A stretch of 45,112 nucleotides of DNA from Octopus sinensis (GCF_006345805.1 NW_021834437.1:1-45112), one strand, 5' to 3'; positions 22,276 to 34,289 are shown, counted from the stretch's first letter. The notes: generated from the sequence alone by a model not told the origin. Numbers and translations: made by a program.

Positions 22276-22597
22276 ACCAATATCACCAACAAATGAATAG
22301 GGTAATAAATTAACTGCAATCATTTCTCCAATTAATTTATGAATTATTTTTGATTTATGATCGTCAATATTCCACATATTTTTCTTTTCTATAACTTGAG
22401 TAAGTGTTAACTGCTTCAATTGAGCAAAAGGTCGTTTTTTCTGTAACACATTTGTTCTTCAGCTAATTGTTCACTATGATAAACCCTAAGATGATTTATC
22501 ATATTAGATGTTGTAAATGTCTTTCGCGTTCGTCCTCCTCTTGATATTAAAATATCGCATAATTTACATACGCAAAAAAACGAATTATCGTCTAAGA

Positions 22598-23581
22598 CAG
22601 AGGTTTCCAAGCTTTTTTTTACGCGCCTCCTTAGAGAAAAAGTACAATCTTGCGCCTCCCTTTATATTCCATAATATAATACAATTATTATTTTATCAAA
22701 AACAATTTTTTAAAACAAAAAGTTAATGAGATAATTTTTTTTCCATCTTGGCGCAAAGTTTTTCAAATCTTGGTGTCATCGCAGAGAGTGCTACTCTTAG
22801 CTCATTAGTCACTACTAAACGAGTTCGATATTTAGATTTAATTGCAGCTAGTGCAGAAAATCCAGTTTCGCATAAATATGAAGTAGCAAATGGCAACAAA
22901 ACTTTCATTGCTTTATTCGACAAAATTTCATATTCCGTTCTTACATTCAACCAAAAAGAAATTAGCGGTTCTCTCTCAAATTTTTGTTTCAATAATGTAT
23001 CGCATGACAATTCTATCAATTTTTCTTTTTCAAAAGTTGTCAATGCAAATTGATTATCTTCTTCATCAATAAATGGATTCTGTATCCATTCGAACATTTT
23101 ACAGTCGAGATCTTTAAAATAGTGAGCAAAATGCTTCAACAAACAATCCAAATGTTCAGCAAATATGTCTTTGTTTGCTTCAATGTTCACTATGGCGCAA
23201 AAGGTGTTTAAAAGTGGAAACATGTCATAGATATTTTTTTGTATATTTGATTTCCATAATACCAATTTTTTCATAAATGCTTTTATTTTGTCCTTTTGAG
23301 AGAATAAATGTAGTTGTGGTCCCTGCATTGATTTATTCAATATACTCAATTTCCCAAAAATGTCAACTAAATAGGCAAATTTGACAATAAAGTCATCATC
23401 CCTGAACAACTTTGCATCTTCAATATCATTTTCATCAAGAGATCCCTGAACAACTCATCCCTGAACAACTTTTACATAGATATAATTTTCTAAAAAATGT
23501 TTCTGAAATACTTTTCGCGCCTCCCTTGACACGAGTCAACGCCTCCCTAGGGAGGCGCGCCTCCCCATTTGGAAACCTCTG
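22598..23581 (-). mobile_element. Buster/Charlie-type hAT deletion derivative (984 bp) retaining the C-terminal dimerization region
   Basis: 13-bp TIR CAGAGGTTTCCAA/TTGGAAACCTCTG; perfect 8-bp TSD GTCTAAGA (22590-97, 23582-89; nnnTAnnn); GCGCCTCCC subterminal repeats; ORF 22723-23409 AYLVDIF..LLPFATSYLCETGFS..K.KYRTRL. Confidence 0.95.
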
Positions 23582-23773
23582 GTCTAAGACATCAAAAAAT
23601 TTCCATACAACGCTCGACATGTTAAAAAAAATATTTAATTACATTTTTAATAAAATAAATTACATATAAATATATTTTTATGTATAATATAATGGCCGAT
23701 TAATCGGTATCGGTGAAATTGGCCGATAATCGGTAATCGGCAAAATCCAAAAATGGTTATCGGTGCATCACTA

Positions 23774-25090
23774 CTAGTAATTATATAAAGACAGGGCATA
23801 CTCGTTGATTGCTTTGAAGAGGTTCGCTGAGTTTAGTTTTGTCTTTGCTAATCCAATAACTCTTTTTTTAACATTCTCGAAGATTGTCTCCAACACTTTT
23901 TGTTTTTGTACATTGCTTCCCCGGTCTTCAAGCACTCCTAGGTATCGATAGCCTTCGATTCCATCCAGAGTTCTGCAGCTCTCCAATGATTCTAGATTAG
24001 TCGCAGACTTCTGAGAGTTCATTTCAAGCCCCGCAACTTCAAAGTACTCAACAATAGTATCCATCATTTTAATGACAGTTTCTTCTTTGTGTGCAAGAAT
24101 CTTTAAGTCGTCAACAAAAATAGGTGGTTCGTAGAGTATGCCAGCATACTGGGGTCTTGCTGATCTATCCACAGCTTGGGAAATTTGGAATTAAGTATTC
24201 TGCTCAGTGGATCCATTACCAGTACGAACAATTGCGGGGATAAGGCGTCTCCTTGTAGAATTCCACAATTCAATTTAACAGCCCCAATTCTCTTTTTCCC
24301 GAAATGAAGGCAAACTGTCCACCTCTCCACCAGACTTTTTATAAAGTTGGTTATCCATAAAGGAATTCCCGAGCAGTCCAACACATGAAACAGGAATTCG
24401 TGATCCACCGAATCGAAGGCTTTCTTAACATCCACCCATGATGCACAGAGATTATTGCCATATTCTCGATTTATGCACTGATTGATAAGGGTTTGTTCCT
24501 TAGCACCCTGACATGTCTCCTCGTCCCCAATTGATTTTCAGAGACCAAGCCGAACGCATCCACATAGTCAGAGAGTTTGATGTTTACACATTTTGTCACA
24601 AGTTTATAGAGAGCAGGCATGCACGTTATTGGGCGCAAATCACGGGGATTTTCACAAACTTCTTTCTTCGGAATCATGTAAGTGACGCCCGTATAGAACC
24701 AGTCTTCAGGGATGTGTTCCTTATTAACTATTCTGTTCACTTCCCGACACAGGTATCCATGTAGTGAGTCAAATCTTTTGATGAAGAAATTATACACTCC
24801 ATCGCATCCACATGTCTTCCAGTCGTTGGACCACTTAATGGTCTGTTTAATGAATTCCTCAGTTAACTCCGAGGGTGCACTCTCGATACCGGTGACCCTC
24901 CTGTCACGAACCCAGCTGGCTTAGGAGGGTTCTTCTTGGACCAGACCTGCTTCCAGAAGGACAAGCAATCATTGTCACTGAACTCAAACTCAGCGAGCAT
25001 CTTATCTCCTGATACTTGCCTATAAAATCTTTTCCGATTCAACTCGAAGCACCAGTCTATCCTTTCGAAATTCGGTCCTGGATTTATGCA
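23774..25090 (-). mobile_element. Dong/R4-like family A, 5' half (RT domain), frameshifted and 5'-truncated
   Basis: FELNRKRFYR, DLRPITCMPALYKL, DVKKAFDSVDH, GILQGDALSP, FVDD, YRYLG, AINEYALSLYNY. It ends exactly where the 18850-20230 half begins (NY|YIG). Confidence 0.92.
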
Positions 25091-25331
25091 TCAATATCTT
25101 CTTTTCTTTTATTCGAATCATATCTTGTAAAAATGCAAAAAAATATAGAGAAAAGATTATCAAAAAACAATGATTAATTACTATATTTAAAGTCTTGTTT
25201 TTTTAAATAAATGTTTCAGATGTTTATTTAAATGTTCAGAATCATTCAAATAAGTAGTTAAAAATTATAGAAAATTTTTTACAAGATAGGATATTGATTA
25301 TTTCTCTTACTCGCCAATTTTGGCTTGACTG

Positions 25332-26550
25332 TATTTAAAAATAAAACGTCAGAGCTGAGTTTAGACAATCAAGTAACATCATAAAGAATTCTCATCATTC
25401 GAAAAATAGCTTAAGCCATTCGAAATAATCAAAAGTATGTTAGGTAAAAGAATAATTACAAGTAACTATTTAGAAATAAAACGTCAGAGCTGAGTTTAGA
25501 CAATCAAGTAACATCATTGAGCATTCTCATCATTCGAAAAATAGCTTAAGCCATTCGAAATAATCAAAAGTATGTTAGGTAAAAGAATAATTACAAGTAA
25601 CTATTTAAAAATAAAACGTCAGAGCTGAGTTTAGACAATCAGTAACATCATTAAGCATTCTCATCATTCGAAAAATAGCTTAAGCCATTCGAAATAATCA
25701 AAAGTATGTTAGGTAAAAGAATAATTACAAGTAACTATTTAAAAATAAAGCGTCAGAGCTGAGTTTAGACAATCAAGTAACATCATTAAGCATTCTCATC
25801 ATTCGAAAAATAGCTTAAGCCATTCGAAATAATCAAAAGTATGTTAGGTAAAAGAATAATTACAAGTAACTATTTAAAAATAAAACGTCAGAGCTGAGTT
25901 TAGACAATCAAGTAACATCATTAAGCATTCTCATCATTCGAAAAATAGCTTAAGCCATTCGAAATAATCAAAACTATGTTAGGTAAAAGAATAATTACAA
26001 GTAACTATTTAAAAATAAAGCGTCAGAGCTGAGTTTAGACAATCAAGTAACATCATTAAGCATTCTCATCATTCGAAAAATAGCTTAAGCCATTCGAAAT
26101 AATCAAAAGTATGTTAGGTAAAAGAATAATTACAAGTAACTATTTAAAAATAAAACGTCAGAGCTGAGTTTAGACAATCAAGTAACATCATTGAGCATTC
26201 TCATCATTCGAAAAATAGCTTAAGCCATTCGAAATAATCAAAAGTATGTTAGGTAAAAGAATAATACAAGTAACTATTTAAAAATAAAACGTCAGAGCTG
26301 AGTTTAGACAATCAAGTAACATCATTAAGAATTCTCATCATCGAAAAACAGTTTAAGCCATTTAAGATAATTTAAAGTATGTTAGGGAAATGAATGATTA
26401 AAAATAACGTCAGAGCTGAGTTTAGACAATCAAGTCACATCATTAAGAATTCTCATCATCGAAAAACAGTTTAAGCCATTTAAGATAATTAAAAGTATGC
26501 TAGGGAAATGAATGATTAAAAATAACGTCAGAGCTGAGTTTAGACAATCA
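25332..26550. repeat. Tandem array: seven 134-135-bp units, two 118-bp units and a partial unit
   Basis: Core CGTCAGAGCTGAGTTTAGACAATCA starts at 25347, 25482, 25617, 25751, 25886, 26021, 26156, 26290, 26408 and 26526. Confidence 0.97.
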
Positions 26551-26999
26551 TTTCATATCATGACATATCACTCATCTTTCGTTAAACTAAAATATGCAGG
26601 TGAAATGTATTTCATTTAATTAGTAATATCAAATTAAATAACGCACACAACAAAGAGAACAACAAGATAACGCGTGATTTATGCTTTTTATTTATAGATA
26701 TATTGTAATTTATTATTTTACATTAATTTATATAAAATTTTAACAAACTAATTAATGCAAGTCAAAAAATTACCCCTGCCTATTCCAGTAGATAATCTCT
26801 CAATGTTTTCACTTGTTTATCGTTATTTTCTGCATTTTTTTCAAATGGAAAAGTAGTTATTTCAAGCGATCTCCTTCGTCATCTGTCAGGATCCTAATAA
26901 GTCATAAGTTGCAGTGGAGATTTTCTGTTTTTAAAGACCAGCTGATTTTACCCGATATTCTTATTTGCTCGTTTGTAATTTTAATACTTTATTAATAAA

Positions 27000-27370
27000 A
27001 AGAAGATGCAGTCCAGCGCCTCTCGGTGACTAAACGTCAGGAAAAGACTGGATCGGCGAGCATCAAATGAGATACTCTCCAGAGTCTTCTTAACTACAGT
27101 TGACTGTATATAAGCCTGTAAAGACTTATCCACACCCAGCTGTCTTAAGTACCCCTTGTGGTATTTAGTGACTAGTCCATGTCATCACACGCGGAAAGAC
27201 ATGAACCTAACACTGGTGCATCAGCCCTAACTCGTTTGCAAGGAGGTCATACTTTATCTTTTTCTCCACTTCCACTGTCTGCAAACGATCTAAAAACGTG
27301 ATGCCCACTTCAGCGATAACTATCTCCCCGGTGACCTTATAGTGGACCACAACATCAGGTCTTTGCTCGT
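27000..27370 (-). mobile_element. Dong/R4-like family B RLE fragment
   Basis: RPDVVVH..IVIAEVGIT.LDRLQTVEVEKK.KYDLLANELGLMHQC; nucleotide match to 20640-21010. Confidence 0.88.
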
Positions 27371-27537
27371 TTATAATGTATGCGATAGTAATAATCCAGA
27401 TTAAGATCGAATTGTGGTTGAATGATAGATCGTAGATGATCTGCCCAAATAATTTTAGCGACAAATGGATCTGAAGAGGTTTTTAAGTTTTATCGACGAT
27501 GGGCACTTTCTATTTTGTTAATATCGATCGTTTAGAA

Positions 27538-28059
27538 CAGCGGTTCTTAAATGCGGCCCCCGGGGCCCACGATTTTTTTTGCGGCCCCTCTAGAGTAACT
27601 AACTTTTTTAATTTTTTAATAATGTTTAAATTTAATTATTCATTCTTAAGGTTAAACATATCCATAATTGGTGATTTCATTAATCAATTTGAAGCACGTT
27701 TTGGGGTACATTTATATAAATTTAATTTTTAGAATTTTAAAGAATTCCTTCCTTTAATGAAAATATTCACAACTCCATTCAGCGTGGAAATTAAGGATGC
27801 GCCTGCAAAGTTTCAACTAGAACTCATTAATTTACAACATGATATAGAACTGGCGGCCATTATTAATTTTTACGAATTAATTCCTCAAGACAAATTCAAA
27901 AATATAACACACAATGCATATATGAATCTACATATTTATGCGAATCAATATTTAGTAAAATGGAAAATATAAAAATATATAAAATATTTTTTGTGCGGCC
28001 CGCGAAGCTAATCTTAATTATCGATTTGGCCCTTGAGCTAAAAAGGTTGAGAACCCCTG
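27538..28059 (+). mobile_element. Non-autonomous Charlie/Buster hAT (522 bp)
   Basis: TIRs CAGCGGTTCTTAA / (rc) CAGGGGTTCTCAA; perfect 8-bp TSD GTTTAGAA (27530-37, 28060-67); remnant PFSVEIKDAP..QLELINLQ.D (GTF2IRD2/EPM2AIP1-like transposase C-terminus). Confidence 0.92.
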
Positions 28060-29339
28060 GTTTAGAATAACAAGATCCTCCTTATTTTGATTGGCCCTTG
28101 AATCAGATTGCTGATAGTCAGACAACTACTTTTTTCCCTGACGTGTGATTTGAGCCAACTAAAAAACATTTATAGGTCGACGAATCGGAGAAGAAGACCA
28201 AGTGATTAACAAGATTTTCAACCTTCAGATTGTACAAATTTGGCAAAAAATCGCTGCTTTCGTTCCATCCGTAATTAAAAAATATACATTCTTAATAATT
28301 ATTGATTAAATATAAATAATAGTTAAAATAATTGATATATTAAGTTGAAAATGCTTTTTTCTATGTGATACATGATAAATATTTCAAATAAACAGATATC
28401 TGTATAATTTTTAACTCAAATAAATAAATAGAACAAAAAGTTATGTCTACCTCCTAACCAAACGATTCCCATACTTCAATCAATGATACAAGATAAAATT
28501 CAAGGAGTTATGTACTGTGTAAACTGGAGACATTTTATAGCATTATCGATAAGAATAGAAGTCTATTGTGCCATGCTGGAGATGAAAAATTCAACAATTC
28601 TTTTTTTGTTTATACTGTTTTGGATATATGGAATATTGAATGTAAAATGGAATGGATTGTAAATAATGAATCGCCAGATATGATTATCGCTAACTGCTCT
28701 GTAAAAAATTAATTAGATTTATCACAGGAAACAAATTTTTCAATGACGAGTCTTTGGGATGTTTTTATTGTTATCTGCGGAAAAAAGTCGCCTCCTGGTT
28801 TATTAATGTTAAAAGTAAATATATTTGAATTAATTAAAGCTGACCAACTTAAAAAATCGTCTATCGAAATTTGGATATTTTGAAGATTAAATTGATTATT
28901 TGTTTAAAACAGCAAATAATTCTATAAAGTTTTTATTTTCACTTTTTCTCGCGTACTTAGCTTAATATTTGTATAATTTTGTTACACGAATTAGTAAGTC
29001 TTTTATTACATTTAAATCAAGAATAATATTCTGAGCTAAACTTTTTTAAGGATAAAATAGTAAAAAATTGTTCTAGGTTTTATAATTTTGCTGTGTTTTG
29101 TATCTTGGTTCATCCTCATTCATTGTCGTCTACTTGTAGTTTAATGAACCTTCAAAAAAGGCAAGCGTGTACGCAATTTGTGAGTTTTGTTACATCCTGT
29201 CTCCTAAGTATCCTGTGCGCCTTGATCGGCATAATTTTTAAAAAAAAACACATCTTACCCTTTTATTGCATTTGCCAGAAAGTGGAACCTGCACAATTTT
29301 AGATCCCTCTATTACAGAACCAAGGCAAAGTTACCCTAG

Positions 29340-29553
29340 AAAACTTCATATTTGATCTCTAAGAATTATATCACTTGTTCAATTTCTCGCTCTGAAATTG
29401 TCAAAAATGTGTCAATTGCCAGCCAAGTGGCTTTTGAATATAAATAATTGATCGGTTTATTGCCGATCTTGTGGATTTAAGCGCGTATAAATTGAAAAAC
29501 AATGGATTTTGGTCATTGTTGACTCTCACCAAATTTGGTGTGGTCAGGCTACG
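29340..29553 (+). mobile_element. Decayed rve-type integrase remnant (Ginger/KRBA2-like), cut by the Tigger insertion
   Basis: ISRSEIVK..C..CQ (frameshifted) followed by DRFIADLVDLSAY...NNGF.W..L..TKF. Confidence 0.5.
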
Positions 29554-29555
29554 TA

Positions 29556-30789
29556 CAGTGACTCCTCTGAAATTGGCCATTTTTGGTTCCACGTGTTTTT
29601 GTGGTCAATTCGAGAAATGGCCAATTTGAGAAATAAAATCAATCTTTTGTGTAAATTAAATTTTGAATAAGAACAACTTTTATCCAGAAAATTTTAAGTA
29701 ATTAAGCATTATTAATGTTCTTAAAGTAGAATTGGATGCCCATCTGCTTTTTTTGAGTTTTAATGACATTTTCCTTATAGCACCTTATGGATGTAATCAA
29801 TTGAACTTCATGTTCGTTCTCAATGTTTTTTAGGAGGTCGTTTTCAATTTTAGTTAACTTAACCACAATGTCTTCTTTGTCAATTGAATCATTGGATTCT
29901 ACTTCATTGAATTCTACTTCAGCTTCTACTTCTTCTTCATTTTTTATATTTTCAATATTCTCAACGTCTTGAAATGTATCATTTTCAGAATATTCAAAAT
30001 TAAGAAATTCTTCGACTTCTAAGGGATCAAAAATGTCAGTTTTTCTACTGCAATATCTTGAACTTCAACTACATGATTCTTTTTGAATGGGTTGCTTGAT
30101 ATTTCTATGAATTTTTCGATAAATAAGTCGACATCTACTGGATCATTAGTTCTCATTTCTCCATGTAACTTGGTCATTCGAAAACCATGCCTCTTTTTGA
30201 ATTTATGAAGGTATCCATTTGAGTTTTTAAAATTATCCAGTTTTAATTCAGCTGCGAATAAATTAGCCTTATTTGAAATTAAAGCATCATTAAGAAAGCC
30301 ACCTTAATCATAAATTAGTACAAATTACCTTTAGACTCAATCGAATCCATCCATTCAACTAACATAGCATCAAGGTGTGGGAACTTAAGTCTATGCGCAT
30401 TTTTTGAAGATAGATTTTGTTTTTTACACACTTTGAGAAAAAAATCTTTTTTCAAAATAATATTATTAATTGTTTTTCTGGAAATCTTCTTTTTAAACAA
30501 ATGGGAAAATCTATCAGCCAAATACTGACATGAAACATCTTCATTTTGATTTTTATAAGTTAAAATCTGTATTTTTTGATAAAAAGTGAGACGAGTATAA
30601 TTACCACGAGAATTGTTCGAAGACATAAAATAACAGGAATTTTATTAATTTGCAAATTATATAAAATATATTTTAAAATTTATGGTCAATTTGAGAATTG
30701 GCCACTTTCAATGGAAATTCGAATTTTTCTTAAGATAATTTTATAAGTGTGGTCAATTTCAGAGGTGGCCAATTTCAGAGGAGTCACTG
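29556..30789 (-). mobile_element. Tigger/pogo DNA transposon lacking the DDE domain, with an intron-containing DNA-binding ORF
   Basis: Perfect 24-bp TIR CAGTGACTCCTCTGAAATTGGCCA; TA at 29554-55 and 30790-91. ORF from 30626 encodes HTH-psq plus CENP-B HTH (LTFYQKIQI..; LDAMLVEW..KG|GFLNDALI..NSNGYLHKFKKRHG..HGE) joined by a 26-nt GT-AG intron at 30303-30328. Confidence 0.93.
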
Positions 30790-32248
30790 TATTATTGTCA
30801 GGGAGCGTGGAATTTTCAATGTTTCTTTAACTGAGCCCAATTCTCTGTCAATTTTGTTTAAAAGAATTTGAATTTTTTGCTAAGTAAGTGGATAAACTAC
30901 GCGTTTGTTGCTTCAGTGACTCCTTCCACTGCTAAAATCAAAGAATATTCTAGAAAGCAGGAACAAAACCTGCTATTGATTGGTCACAAACCTCGTTTTG
31001 ATTGAATGGTCGGATTTCCGTTGTTTTTGAACTCGACATAGTTTCCTTTTTGACAGATTTTTTGTTAAATGTGAAGATATCTTTTTTATCCCGAATCCGG
31101 TCCGACGCAGTCGTGAATATCGAGTGCATTCCCAGGTTTTCTAAATCTGGGGTTCAAGCGAACAAGCATGCTTATCCTCTAATTTGAGTTGCCCAAATAT
31201 GTCTGCCTCATAAAATTCCGACCTCACGGATTGTTGTTCTGCATGTTAAATTAGTGGTTTCTGCTTGTCCTACTCCGACAATCAAATGGAGTAGTACTTT
31301 TCACCACCTTTTGGTGAAACCTCTGAACTTTTCGGTGCTATTTTTAGTCCTCGACTCCATAATCAGTCAGCCATTATAAAATATAATTAGAGTTTTTAAT
31401 TTCGCTTCACAATTTTAAAATGACTCGTCACTTGACGCCAATTCATCCTGTAGTTTGGATTCCTGTCCTACTCAGGTTTTATTTTAGTTCAAATCTTGAT
31501 AAAATTAAAAATGGCATTCGACAAATAACACATAACTGCACCGCAGAACTAACGCTGTCCTGGAGTACACACTCGCTAAGAAGGGAGTGCAATGGCATTT
31601 CCACGTATGGAGGACGCTTTTTCCCCAGGTTTTGCTGGACGGTACCACCTGTAGCCCACTCGGAAGACATTCCACGCTTCGGCCAAGCTGACTCGGATGC
31701 TATTAGCAGCTTAGCGGACTTTGTCGGTGAAGACGGTAACTCGGATGTTATGTTTGATTTTAACTGGAGCTCTTTTTTGTGCTTTTTACGCTAAGTTTAA
31801 GTGGAATTTTGAAATCACAATAATGAAAAAACCTTTGAAAAAACCTTTTTTTAAAGTCTTAAAGTAAGTAATCTATTTTATTTTAAAAACAGAGACAGTG
31901 ACATAAATTTTTGACGTCCGATACAACGAGACGGCTGCTCTAGGCTCTCGAACTCTCCTGAGGGAACGTCTATTTGCTGTCTGGAGACAAGCTAGGCGGT
32001 TACCGGTCCCGATTGATAATTAGGTCGGTCACTTGAGATCGTCTCCGGTAAGACCGGATAGATTTCTCAATGTGAAGAAGTTCAGGGATGTACTATAAAT
32101 TATTTTGAATAAATTTATATTGTATTAATACAACAGCTTATTAAAAAACTGACATTCTGGACCATATTCCCTGTTAAAATACTACACACTCTGTGATAAA
32201 AAAACATTTCAAAACAAATTTAACGAAAAGTTAAGAAAAGTAGGAAAA

Positions 32249-33274
32249 CTAGAGTACTAATCCGCCATCGAGAAAGTCATCAATCATAATGTCCCAATCT
32301 TCAACCCACTCATCTCCCTCCAAGACTTCATAACACTTAAGTATATGGTCTTCAGTATAACCCCCAATGGCATACAACCGTTCCTTTACATTCAACAACG
32401 TAAGCTAAAACTATTACAACTTGGCATCAACATTTGATCTCGGATTCTGTAATGATGGACCACTTCGCCACGAATCGGTCTCAATAGTGTATATATAAAC
32501 GTCACTGACGTCCCCAGGATAATATTCCACAATTCCGTGTCCCCCCACCATGTAAATCTCGCCAGACAGGACTGCACAGGCGGTGCTACTCAGAGGTTTA
32601 GGGGAATCTGCGATTGGAATCCACAGGTTGGTCTCAATCTCATATTTGGCACAGCCTTTGGATACAAAGGAAGGGGTAAACTTGATACAAATCCGCGGGC
32701 AGTCATTCCCCCAAAAATGTAGATAAATTTATCATAAAGTACGGATGAAAAGTCTGACCGACCTTCTGGAATGGGAGATAAACTTTCCCAAATCCACTGC
32801 CCGTCGTCAAAACACCTTAAAAATGTCCAGAAAACTTCAAACTTGTATAGGTTTGAAATTGGGGGAGCATTTTCGTGTGTTCTTCCCCCCATGACGTACA
32901 GATTTGTTTCGGTTGAACACATTTGGAACTTTGCCAGTGGCTGAGGGAGCACTCCACAATCATAGCGAACTGTGTTTGTATCACAATCAAATCTACAGAT
33001 GACCAGAGTGAAAAACAAATGAATCAAATCTTTACTTTGTTCAGAAATACAGCAAGTATTTGTAGTGGGAAGGACACCACCGGCAATTACAACTCGGCTT
33101 CCAAGACGAGCGACTTTAAAAAAACAAACAGCTTCTGTCAGTTCGCACACAAGCTTGCTTTCTTTTGTCTCAAGGTCGTAAATAATAATCTGCTTATCAT
33201 CATTCCCGACTGGAGAGTGATAATAAACTTAAACTTAAGAGTAGTTTCGAGTTTGTGGAGAAGGAAGAATTCAT
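32249..33274 (-). CDS. Kelch-repeat beta-propeller protein with no BTB domain seen, about five micro-introns
   Basis: Repeated kelch motifs VVIAGG, LYVMGG, IYIFGG, IYMVGG, LYAIGG with downstream Y/W positions. ATG at 33274 and TAG at 32249-51; the intron model is manual. Confidence 0.85.
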
Positions 33275-33399
33275 TCTGTTAACTATTTTATTGAAAATCT
33301 ATAATTGTTAATATTAATAATAATTTGTGGGAAATGATACAATAAGTTGTATTGACCGCATTTAATTTGATTTATTTTCAAAATTAAAGATTATAGTAA

Positions 33400-33900
33400 A
33401 GTATCCTGGGTTGTGCCGTAGTTAACATAGACCGCGTAGGACTCTTTCCCATATGAAAACAATTGGAACAATTTTCATTTTTGCGTGATTAAAAATATTC
33501 AGTTCTTTCGAAATTTGATTATGTTTTCTCAATTTTTTTCAATTTCACTTGTAAATTATCTGCAGGGGTTACTATAACTTCTAGAAGAAATATATTCCTC
33601 TTTTTTTGAACAAAAATAGATCCCTCTTATTTTAACACATTTGTAACCACTGATTAAACAGAATGAGTCTTAAGTCTTTTTTTACTCCAAATTTGTGACA
33701 GAAATGAAAATGAAGGCACTTTCCAATCTCATTATATCTCCTGACATATTCTTTGTAGAGCATCTTTCCACATTTTGCCATACAATGTTCGTCATTTTTC
33801 CTCCATTTTTTGCAAAAACTACATATTGCATTTGCCTCTGAAAAGAACAGATTTGACTGAGTTCAGTTGGAATTGGTTAAATTCTAAATTCTCGAAATCA
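33400..33900 (-). mobile_element. Decayed Dong/R4-like remnant (possibly a third lineage)
   Basis: CGKMLYKEYVRRYNEIGKCLHFHFCHKFGVKK..THSV, later LLEVIVT.ADNLQ and KIVPIVFIW; many stops and frameshifts. Confidence 0.7.
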
Positions 33901-34289
33901 ATTCGGTAGAGATTCTGTTCAACATTTGTATCATTTTGACAATAACCTTTTTCATCCTCGAGATGAGGATATTTGCTAGTGACCAAACACAACAGATGAT
34001 ATCACATAATATGCATTGTTATGTTTAACTCCCACTTTCTACTAAGTAATCTGATGTCCTCAACACTTTGTTCCGGAATTACAGAGTTTTCAAAAAGTCG
34101 TATTAAGAAGTGATGCACATAGTCCTGACCCGTGTTTGTTCTTTAACACCATGATATCTTTTTCTCTTCTCTATTTGATTCCTGGACTGTTAATTAGTCA
34201 TTCTCGGACAGCAAATTTTAATCCTGAACAGCACGGAGTTTTATATTAGTTTTCTAAAAATTTTTGAATGAAATCTGATATATTTATTA

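Larger units (their letters stand above)
20242..23773 (-). mobile_element. Ac/ZBED4-like hAT transposon (5' TIR, BED finger, start of catalytic domain), twice interrupted, 3' end lost
   Basis: Terminus TAGTGATGCACCGA at 23773 with ATCGG/CCGAT subterminal repeats. ATG at 23620. Removing the two insertions gives MSSVVWKFFDVLDDNSFFCVCKLC..SRGG..TSNMINHLRVYH (BED), then EMIAVNLLPYSFVGDIGFIRLL..PSRKYFS..SLTIDIW..FLCITGHW. Confidence 0.9.

Noticed and set aside
25332-26550. Regular repeats resembling a CRISPR array
   Set aside because: Units are contiguous and near-identical with no unique spacers, no cas genes are present, and the context is eukaryotic; this is a tandem satellite.
30914-30924. 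CAGTGACTCCT matching the start of the Tigger TIR 125 bp downstream of the element
   Set aside because: Only 11 bp, not preceded by TA, and no partner end.
31000-32090. GC-richer block with hairpins (e.g. TCCGGT-CTT-ACCGGA) that could be a LINE 5' UTR/ORF1 or a ribozyme
   Set aside because: I could not identify protein motifs or a complete HDV/hammerhead fold by eye; left unassigned.
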